Shown: piece by piece, positions 54,408 through 64,000 of the stretch | How the letters are laid out: each line of letters opens with the position of its first letter | How positions within the stretch are numbered: position 1 is the first letter of the stretch | Assembly (NCBI RefSeq): GCF_009914755.1 | Contig: NC_060939.1 | From: the human T2T-CHM13v2.0 reference genome, Homo sapiens | Strand: one strand, 5' to 3' | Length of the DNA: 64,000 bases | Notes under the pieces: generated by a model | Database searches by the model: none | What the model was told of the DNA's origin: nothing | The model's input: only the letters and a program-made list of their open reading frames with translations | Translations under genes and position numbers: made by a program

Positions 54408-54832
54408 TATGGGAGAGGGGGAGAGTGGCTCATAAAAGATGGCTGTAGGTCCCTGTCACTTGGAATGTGCCATGTGACTGAAGCCCCTCCAGAAAGACAC
54501 TCCTGCCTGGAAATGCCAAACATCTTAGGACAGGCAGCTGGCTGACATGGTTAGAGATGATTGGGGGAAGCTGCTGCTGAGTGAGGTGTTCAGAGCTCCG
54601 AGGCATAAATCCTGTATTCTGAGGACACCACTGGTAGAGGTAATCCCTAGGGGGCCCTTTCCCTGACAGTGTCTTGGCTGTGCCTGGCTTCTTTTGTTCC
54701 TTTCTGAGCTCAAGTTTGACACCCTTCCCCTTGTATCTGTGACAAATAAATGCCTTTTCAGTAAGCTCCTTTCCACTAGAGTTAACTAACATCAATTTCT
54801 GTTACTTGAAATCGAGAACCCTGACTGGTAGT
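54408..54832 (+). mobile_element. ERVL-class solo LTR, family uncertain
   Basis: AATAAA signal followed by an ERVL-type U5 end TTTCTGTTACTTGAAATCGAGAACCCTGACTG. Confidence 0.5.
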
Positions 54833-54839
54833 TACAGGT

Positions 54840-55070
54840 CTACCATTTATTGAATATTGACGGTTTTCCAGGCTGTGTTCTAAGTGCTTTAAAATGTCAT
54901 GTGTTAATGACCTTGTGAGAAGACATCATTATCACCACCTTTGTCAGATGAGGAAGTTAGAACTCAGAGCTGTTGAACAACTTGAATGATGACAAAGGTA
55001 AAAAGTGGTAGAGCAAGCCTAGAATCTAGAAATCTGATTCCAAAATCTATGCTCTTATCCATACTGTGTC
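54840..55070 (-). mobile_element. MIR
   Basis: CATTTATTGAATA, TTCTAAGTGCTTT, CAGATGAGGAAG. Confidence 0.75.
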
Positions 55071-56099
55071 CTTCCCATCACTGTGTCGGTAGAATTATCT
55101 GTGAGTCACGAAATACAAAATAGTGGAATAGAGATTTGATGCCAGAACTGTCCAAGACCAAATCCCATGACTTTTTTCTTTCTATAACAAAGGTCAGCAA
55201 GAGAGTTCTGGGTCTTATGAGGTCACAAAAAAAGACTCACAAATTGAATCCTAAATGCTTCTGATTAGAACGTATAAGAATTACATGTTTGAAATTCATT
55301 CTGCAAATAATCATATACATTACAGATCTACTTATTCACTCTGAGAAGTAATAATTACAATGATTTGATTTAATGCGAAAAACTATAAATTATAACATGA
55401 TATATTCTCCAGGACATTATAAGAAACGTCAAGATTCCTATCAGTAGTTGTTCTTAATAAGCTGAAGTTCTTTTGCAGCTCATGTGGATGAAATAGCATT
55501 AGGAAACAAGGTCCTCAGTTCTCCTGTGAGGCGGTGGAATAAAATGATCTTTCGACTCCCCTCCAGCACTGATGTTTGAGTTGTCTACATGAGTATCACT
55601 GTCTTAGTTTCAGTCTGACCAGCCCAAGATCACAGTTTTCTCAATTTTAGGGGATGCATTTCCAATTAAAAATGCAATTGGGAGGACCAGGAGAAAACCA
55701 CAGGTCCTGAGGAAATAAATTAATTCAGAATCTGCACTCAGCAGCACCCATTGATTATTTCCACCAGGGAAGAGACAAATTTCATTTTGTTCTCTGTTAT
55801 CCCCAGTACCTATAACAACCCTTTGTACATAGTAGGTGGTCAGTAACTAAAATGAGTATCCAATGAATGAATTGATAAAGTTTTATTTTTCCTTCTTGTC
55901 TTTCAGGCTTAAGCCATGTACTAAAACCTCTCTTTTTATTCTTTCTTTCGTTGACCCCAAGGGAGTATTCAAATCATCTGTTGAGAGTATTCTCAAGCAT
56001 TTTCATAGGAGAGAGAAAGAAAAAAAAATTAATGTATTGGAGAGCATGGTGCACCCAGCTTAGGGTGAGGAATGTAATAACCTAAATTTCTAAAAGAGT

Positions 56100-56640
56100 C
56101 ATCCTTCATTCATCATGCATTTCTTTAACAGGTGTCTTTCGAGAGTTTATTATGTGCCAGGACTGTGCTGTATTCTAGGGGTGCAGATGGAACTAAACAA
56201 GAACCAGAGGGCCTGTCCTCTTGCTTAAACTTAGTTTAGGCAACAAGTACTGAGCCAGTAATCTCACAAATGAATGATAATGATGCAATGTGATAAGTTC
56301 CTCGAAGCAAAAGGAAAGGGTAGAATAGGAGATTACAAATGATAACTCGTATAGGTTGAAGAGAAGATTTCTCTGGGGGTGCACAATTAGAACTAAGGCC
56401 TGAAGGATGAGTTTGAGCTCTTCAGGGAAAGAGGCCAAGAGAGAACATTCCTGGTAGAAAGTGAAGAATGTGCAAAGGACCTGGAGTGGAAAAGTAAGGA
56501 TCCCAGTGAATGCCAGGAGGCTGAAGTGTACAGAGGGACAAGGTGAATGGGCCAGGTTGCTGTAAATGTAGCCAGAAATAAGGGTCTCCAAGATTATGTG
56601 GACTTGCTTCATTAATTCATTCATTCATTCATCCATGTAC
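56100..56640 (-). mobile_element. L2 3' region
   Basis: TCATTCA...TATGTGCCAGGACTGTGCT, GGCCTGAAGGATGAGT, GTGCAAAGGACCTGGAG. Confidence 0.75.
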
Positions 56641-56949
56641 TTACTAGCAGTAATTTATCTACTATCAAATATGTAAAAATTACATAAACCAAGGAACACT
56701 TATTTATGTTGGAAACCTTTAAAATAATAAGAACTATATGGTTTCCATTTCTTAGATGTGTTGTGAAATTGAGCAGTGTATATTTACAAACTGGAGGAAA
56801 ACGTTTTCAGATCCCATCTGAGGAGACTGGAACCAAAAGAATTTCATCATTAGGTCTTTGTGTTCTCCAGAGTGGCTAAGCCTTAAATACTGAAGGGAGA
56901 AAAATGCTGTTCCTTTCTGTGTGTGACTGAACTCTCCACATACCTCTGT

Positions 56950-57280
56950 CTCACTTATAAATATCACAGGCAGCCACCGAGTTGCTGCCTGGTTGAATGA
57001 TCCCCTTTACAAGCCTCTTTCTGGGTTTCTGAGTAAAGGTTTCCCTTATTAATTTTACTAGCCAGCATTCACTTAGCATTTGCATTAAGGCATAATTGAC
57101 AGGCAGGGTGACACCCGCCTGAGAGAGAGCCATAAATCAAAAATAATTTCCAAAATTGGCTGAGGGGCCGAAGTGTTGAATAGGCAAATACAGGTAAAAA
57201 TCTCTTTATTAGGGCTGACAGGGACAGCAAATGTCAGCGAAGTGTTTCCTAATGTACCAGGCGAGATTAATTTTGGGGCC
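56950..57280. promoter_or_regulatory. Candidate enhancer with PBX-HOX, MEIS and POU motifs
   Basis: ATTTGCAT 57078-57085, TGACAG 57097 and 57216, CCATAAATCA (=TGATTTATGG) 57130-57139, in unique sequence. Confidence 0.4.
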
Positions 57281-58267
57281 CTTCCTGAGCTGATGCTACC
57301 TTGTGTTCCCCTAACAAGTCTATCGCCCAGGGTTCCCTAGGAGGGGAGAGGAGGGGCTGTAATTGAAGAAAGAACTAACTCCTGAAAGGCTGGGAACTCA
57401 GTTTCCTTAGCATTCCTTTGCTCCTGGAAAATCAGTCTTCTGCCTTAGACTCTATTTGCATTTTGCATCTTTAGTGGAAAAGAGCTATAAGTCAAGACCC
57501 AAAGAAGTTGGCAAGATAATGAAGCCAAACAAGATGTCCAAGAGGAAATGATCTACTGCACGGAAGCTAAGGAAAACTTTCATGAAAAATGGGGATTTGG
57601 GAAGGTGGAAATGAAAATGTGTATAGTTTCTTCCATTAAAAAATAATAATAGTATTAATTAAGGTCACTTTTTGGGAAACAAGAATAATGCCATTTTCCC
57701 TACTAGTTCAGTTTTATGGAGATTCGGGCATAAATTTTCACCAATCCAGCTCCACAGGCCTCTATTAAAAGGATAATGCTCGGTCACTTTGTAAACTGTG
57801 TAAACAGATACCACCGTTTTTTTAAGCACGATCCTTTTTTTTTGCTCCAAATATCTATTTAAAGATGTTTTCCAAGTTAGAGTTGACAACAGCAAGATGA
57901 AAAAATAGAAAGCGGGATGAAAATTATATGCCGGGAAAAATTACACACCAGCACATTCTTAAAAGTCTACACAGCAGGAAAATATTAATCCCATCCTGAT
58001 AGATTCTTCTCCTAACAGTTTGTAAAGGAGATAAGGCTACAGAATTTAATACATAGATGACATTGAGAAGGCTTATTTTTAGAAACTTAAGGAATGAAAC
58101 TATTTACTAGCTAGCACTAGGAATGTAGTAACTTTTGAGAGCTGCTTCATGGGGCAAGCAAAAATATCCAGATAAGAGAATGCTGAACAGCTGCTATAAT
58201 AGACGTCAATGCTATGCCAGACACTGTGCTAGGTCCCCTGCATATAGAACCTTCACAAAACCTGCAA

Positions 58268-58734
58268 TGCAGCCATTTGCATTAAATTCAGCACAAGTAA
58301 CAGAAGCTCAAAATAATAGTGATTAATTTAATATGTAGAGGTGGGCAGCCCCGAATTGCCATGGTAGCTTTGCTCCTCCAAGTCTTGCCAGATTAGAAGG
58401 CTTTAATCTGTTTATTCCACTCCCCATAGGCTGTGGTCCTCTGCCTCCTAGTCCAAGATGGTGGGTAGAGCTCTAGCATCTTATGCACATTCTAAGCATC
58501 AAGATAGAGGAAAAGATGAAGAGGAAGGCAAGACGTCTGTCATCTTTCTTTCCAGAAAGTTTGGGAAGTCACTACATGACAATTTACATCTCATTCATCT
58601 GATTTAATGGCAAGAGAGTCTGGACATTGTAGCTTTTATTCTGGGCAGCCATGTGCCCGGCTAAAACCAGGGGTTCTCTTTCTATAGTAGAAGGCAAGAA
58701 TGAACATTGGAAGATAATTTGCAGACTCTTGCAA
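58268..58734 (-). mobile_element. MLT1J-like LTR inserted in a MIR
   Basis: CCAAGATGG...TCTAGCATC, TTCTGGGCAGCCATGTGCCCGGCTAAAA; MIR halves at ~58190-58267 and ~58735-58850. Confidence 0.75.
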
Positions 58735-59108
58735 AGTATTATTTTCCCCATTTTGCAGGTTAGGAAACAGAATCTCAAGGAGGTAAAATAACATTTCCTA
58801 AGTTTTAAAAAATATAGTAAGTAATGCTAAAGCCTGCTGCATTCTTTTCATTTTGCCATAAGGCATAAAAAGGATAAGAACCAACCCAATTAAATTTTTT
58901 ACACGTTGTCAATTAAATTCAGTCCAATCCAACTAATTCTAAAAACTCCTATCTTGTGCTTACCATAAGTCAGAAATTATTTTAGGCGTAAGGGCACTGT
59001 GCTGGTTAGGAGACGATTTACGGAACATAAATATGGATGAAAATATAGATATTTTTTAGTATGTGTATAGATGACAATGTAGATGAAAACATAGATACAG
59101 GCAAAAAT

Positions 59109-60121
59109 CAGAGGCTGATTCATGGGAAACTGATAAAGCTTAAGCCTTAGGACCTCTCGCTTGTTTAAGCTTTAGAAAGCCCAGAGAGGGGCCCCAGCAT
59201 GTGTTTGCATCTGATTTTGCAAACTTTGCGAAAGATATGTTAAATGTAATGAGTTAAGACTTTTGTTGCTTTCCTCTGTGATTGTGCCCTTTTCACATTT
59301 TTTCTTATGTAAAGAACACACTGGAATATCCTCAGCATTTTGAAGATATCGTAGAAGATTCCTCGGGAATTCATTTAGTCTGGTTTAGTCTGGCTTTATG
59401 GGATAAAGTCATATGGTTCACTGTTACTTCTATGCCTGGTTAATTTATTGTTAGCAATCTCAGGGCAGGAATGGCTTCAAGTATGCTCTTATAAGTAACC
59501 AAAAGTTGCGAACCACATCAATACATTGGAAAAATTTCTATATTTGGGGATTTGAAATAAAACATTCATGTTGGAAAAGCTATGAATGATGCTTCACTTC
59601 CCTTGGAGGCAAACTCCTTGCTAATGAGTGATGTCAAAGAATATTTCACTCCTCCAGAAAAACTGAAATTCCCTGTAATCTCATGGCTCATAAATGAAAA
59701 GAAATGAGAAAAATTTCCCTAAGTTTGACAATAATTCTAAACTTTAATATGAAATTGCTAATCATGCAAGTTGGGGAGTTTAAAAATATATTTTAAATAT
59801 TCAATAATGTAAAAACACTATTTTTCACCACATTGAAAAGAAAAACTAAATTATTTTTTAAGCTTCTCCATAGAAAGAGATGTAAAATTGTCATATGAAG
59901 AGGCACTAAAGTGTTCTAGAGATGACAGACTCCTAACTTGAAATTTGTTATGGTAATTTTTGTTTGTGTTTTTTGTGGCATTTAACTTTATAAGTATACA
60001 GTTTGTTGTGTCTTATTTTCTCATTAAAAATAAATATTTTACTTCATATCTGATGTTATATTATTTTTTAAGAAGACTCCCCAAATTGTTGAAGCTTCAA
60101 GTTTAACAAAACTTGTCCACT
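59109..60121. mobile_element. hAT-Tip100 element, Zaphod/MER115-like
   Basis: Terminal AAGCTTAAGCCTTAGGACC...GAGGGGCCCCAGCA and CCCCAAATTGTTGAAGCTTCAAG; decayed hAT transposase C-terminus-like interior. Confidence 0.7.
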
Positions 60122-60450
60122 TATGGGTATAATTAACGATGAGTCAGAACGAGACTGTCATGGCTTTTGATGACTTCAAGTGAGATGGGGATTTGCACAT
60201 TTTGAGTAGACAGAACAAGGATAAATTGCTTTGCTTGGGAAATTGAAGGCAATATCAAGAGAAGAAAAGACTGAAGGTTGAAAAACTGAGTTACAGAGAT
60301 GAGATGAGGAAAACCTGGGTTCTTTGAGATTGAAGAAGGAAAAAAAGATTTGGGAAGAGATCATTAGAAGGGAGATTGTATTTAATTTCAAAATGTAGAA
60401 AAGGTAAATCTCAAAGATGCATGTATTTGGAAATGATTATATATGGTACT

Positions 60451-62773
60451 TGTATTCGTCCATTTGCATGCTGCTGACAAAGGCAAACCCAAGACTGGGC
60501 AATTTACAAAAAAAAAAAAAAAAAAAAAAAAAGAGGTTTAATTGGACTTACAGTTCCATGTGGCTGAGGAAGCCTCACAATCATGGTGGAAGGCCAGGAA
60601 GAGCAAGTCATGTCTTACATGGATGGCAGCAGGGAATGAGAGAGACCTTGTGCAGGGGAATTCCTCTTTTTAAAACCATCATATCTCATGAGACTTATTC
60701 ACTATCATGAGAACAGCAAGGGAAAGACTTGCCCCCATGATTCAGTTACCTCACACCTGGTCCCTCCTACAACAGGTGGGAATGCAAGATGAGATTTGGG
60801 TGGGGACAGAGCCAAACCATATCATTCCTCCCCTGTTGCCTCCCAAATCTCACATCCTCACATTTCAAAACCAATCATGCCTTCCCAGCAAACAGTCCCC
60901 CAAAGTCTTAACTCATTTTAGCATTAACTCAGAAGTCCACAGGGCAAAGTCTCAATGGAGACAAGGCAAGTCGCTTCCCCCTATGACCTGTAAAATTAAA
61001 AGGAGGTTAGTTGTTTTATGGATACAGTGGGGGTACAGGCATTGGGTAAATACAGCCATTCCCAATGGGATAAATTGGCCAAAACAAAGGCACTACTGGC
61101 CCCACACAAGTCTGAAATCCAGCGGGGCAGTCAAATCTTAAAGCTCCCAAATTATCTCCTTTGACTCCACGTCTCACATCCAGGTCATGCTGATGCAAGA
61201 GATGGGTTCCCATTGTCTTAGACAGCTCGGTCCCTGTGGCTTTGAGGGCACAGCCTCCCTTCCAGCTGCTTTCACAGTGTCTGCAGCTTTTCCAGGCACA
61301 CAATGCAAGCTGTCAGTGGATCTAGCATTCTGGGGTCTGGAGGACAGTGGCCCTCTTCCCATGGCTCCACTAGGCAGTGCCCCAGTAGGAACTCTGCGTG
61401 GGGGCTCCAACCCCACATTTCCCTTCCACACTGCCCTAGCAGATGTTCTCCATGAAAGTCCTGCCCTGCAGCAAACTTCTGTCTGGACATCCAGGAATTT
61501 CCATACATCTTCTGAAATCTAGGCAGAGGTTCCCAAACCTCAAGTCTTCACTTCTGTGCACTCACTGGCTCAACACAACATGGAAGCTGCTAAGGCTTGA
61601 GGCTTGAACCCTCAAGCCATGGCCCGAGCTCTATTTTGGCCCTTTCAGCCATGGCTGGAGCAGCTGGGATGCAGGGCACCAAGTCCCTAGGCTGCACACA
61701 GTACAGGGACACTGGGCCCGGCCCATGAAACCACTTTTTCCTCCTAGATCTTTGCGCCTGTATGAGAGAAGCTGCCATGAAGACCTCTGATATGACCTGA
61801 AGACATTTTCCCCATTGTCTTTGGGATTAGCATTGGGATCCTCATTACTTTTGCAGATTTCTGCAGCCGGCTTGTATTTCTTCTCAGAAAATGGGATTTT
61901 CTTTTCTATTGCCTTGTCGGGCTGCAACTTTTCTGAACTTTTATGTTCTGTTTCCCTTTTAAAACTGAATGCTTTTAACAGCACCCAAGTCTGCTCTTGA
62001 ATGCTTTGCTGCTTAGAAATGTCTTCCATCAGATACCCTAAATCATCTCTCTCTAGTTCAGAGTTCCACAAGTCTCTAGGGCAGAGGCAAAATGCCACCA
62101 GTCTCTTTGCTAAAATGTAACAAGAGTCACCTTTCCTCCAGTTTCCAACAAGTTCCTCATCTCATCTGAGACCACCTCAGCCTGGACCTTATTGTTCATA
62201 TCACTATCAGCATTTCTGTCAAAATGTTTTGTCAAAACCCATGGAATGTCAAAGCCATTCAACAAATCTCTAGGAAGTTCCAAACTTTCCCACATTTTCC
62301 TCTCTTCTTCTGAGCCCTGCAAACTGTTCCAACCTCTGCTTTTTACCCAGTTCCAAAGTCGCTTTCACATTTTCGGATATCTTTTCAGTAACGTCCCACT
62401 CTACTGGTACCAATTTACTGTATTAGTTACTTCTCATGCTGCTGATAAAAACTTACCTGAGACTGGGCAATTTACAAAAGAAAGCGGTTTAATTGGACTT
62501 ACAGTTCTGTGTGGCTGGGGAAGCCTCAAAATCATGTCAGAAGGCAAGGAAGAGCAAGTCACATCTTACATGGATGGCAGCAGGCAAAGAGAGAGCTTGT
62601 GCAGGGGAATTCCTCTTTTTCAAACCATCAGATCTCATGAGACTTACTCACAATCATGAGAACAGCAAGGGAAAGACTTGCCCCCATGATTCAATTACCT
62701 CCCACCTGGTCCCTCCCACAGCAGGTGGGAATTCAAGATGAGACTTGGGTGGGGACACAGCCAAATCATATTG
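60451..62773 (-). mobile_element. Complete THE1A/B MaLR element: 5'LTR 62419-62773, internal 60825-62418, 3'LTR 60451-60824
   Basis: Two related LTRs flanking ~1.6 kb of THE1-int; TSD GTACT at 60446-60450 and 62774-62778. Confidence 0.95.
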
Positions 62774-62884
62774 GTACTATTTAGTGATTTCATGAGTTGT
62801 TACAATAACTAGAAAATGTTTTCTAATTTAAAGTACATTTTGATGATGTAAAAATGAAAGGAAATGAAAGTTAAAAACATCTGG

Positions 62885-63628
62885 TCAACACACCTATTAG
62901 AAGGACCAAAATCTAAAACACTGATAACACCAAACGCTAGTGAGGATGTAGAGCAACAAAAACCTGCCTTTATTTCTGGTGGAAATGCAAAATTGTACAG
63001 CTCCTTTGGAAGACACTTTTACGGTTTCCTACAAAACTAAACATACTGTTACCATATGATTCAGCAATTGTAATCCTTCATATTTACTCAAATGAATGGA
63101 AAACTTATGTCAAAGAAAAAAACTTGCACAGAGATGTTTATAACAGCTTTATTCATAATTACCAGAACTTGAAAATGTCCTTCAAGAGGTGGATGGATAA
63201 ATAAATCTTGGCACATCTAAACAATGGAATACTATTCAGTGCTAAAAGAAATGAACTATCAAGGGATGGAAAGACATGGAGGAAGCTTAAGTGCATATTA
63301 CTAAGTGAAAAAAGTCAATGTGAAAGGGGTACAGACTGTACAATTCCAAGTTCACGACATTGTGGAAAAGGCGAAACTATGGAGACAGTAGAAGGATCAG
63401 TGGTTGCTAGAGGCTGGGAGGAGGGCTAGATGAATAAGCCTAGCACAGTGGATTTTTAGAGTGATAAAATTAGTCAGTATGATACTAAAGTGGTGGATGC
63501 ATGTCATTGTACATTTGTCAAAACCCATAGAATGTACCTAACCAAGAGTGAGCCCTAATTTCAACTGTGGACTTTGGGTAATAGTGATGTGTTAATGTAG
63601 GTTCATGAATTGAAACAAATATACCACC
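62885..63628 (+). mobile_element. L1MC1-like 3' end
   Basis: GAAAGACATGGAGGAAGCTTAAGTGCATATTACTAAGTGAAA, AACTATGGAGACAGTA, TTTGTCAAAACCCATAGAATGTAC. Confidence 0.88.
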
Positions 63629-64000
63629 AGTGTTAGGGTTCTCTAGAGGGACAGAACTAATAGGATAGATAGATAGACATAGATATATACATATATACAC
63701 ACACATACTAAATAACCTCCCATATATACACATATACATACATATATGTGTGTGTATATACACATACATATATAATAAACTCCCATATATGTATGTGTGT
63801 ATATATGTGTATAGAGTATCCTTATGTACGTATTTATGTATAGAGTATCCTTTTCTACTTTAAACTCCCATATACATATATATGTGTGTGTGTGTGTGTG
63901 TATGGGAGTTTATTAAGTAGTGTTAACTCACACGAGCATAAGATCCCACAATAGGCCATCTGAAAGTTGAGGAGCAAGGAAGCCAGTCTGAGTCCCAAAG
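63629..64000 (-). mobile_element. MLT2A1-like HERVL LTR with expanded TA/CA tract, cut by the window end
   Basis: AGGGTTCTCTAGAGGGACAGAACTAATAGGA...GGGAGTTTATTAAG...CCCACAATAGGCCATCTG. Confidence 0.88.

Noticed and set aside
60707-62741. Cluster of 80-155 aa ORFs
   Set aside because: Frameshifted remnants of THE1 internal and LTR sequence; no intact ORF

Overview
Non-coding primate (human-like) genomic DNA, AT-rich, with no recognisable protein-coding exon, RNA gene, CpG island or prokaryotic feature. Every ORF in the track is either repeat-derived or chance. Roughly half the window is interspersed repeats: Alu J/S and FLAM (no clear AluY), L1PA/L1MC/L1ME, L2, MIR, MaLR and ERV LTRs, a complete THE1 element, and hAT DNA transposons. 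Subfamily names are from memory of consensus sequences and need RepeatMasker/Dfam confirmation. The first ~11 kb, ~16.8-17.6 kb and ~57-58 kb are repeat-poor and carry dense transcription-factor motif clusters, as expected in a developmental gene desert or large intron. I could not name the locus and see no evidence for a new gene system. The most interesting signals are: (i) a GC-box/TATA/splice-donor module at ~5.6-5.9 kb with GATA, T-box, E-box, CArG, ETS and NKX motifs; (ii) a minisatellite built from nested palindromes at ~8 kb; (iii) several fossil repair or retrotransposition anomalies, namely an inverted L1PA7 missing ~4 kb, a TSD-less AluSp, a chimeric Alu, a templated insertion in THE1-int, a micro-inversion, and a 98-bp fold-back.
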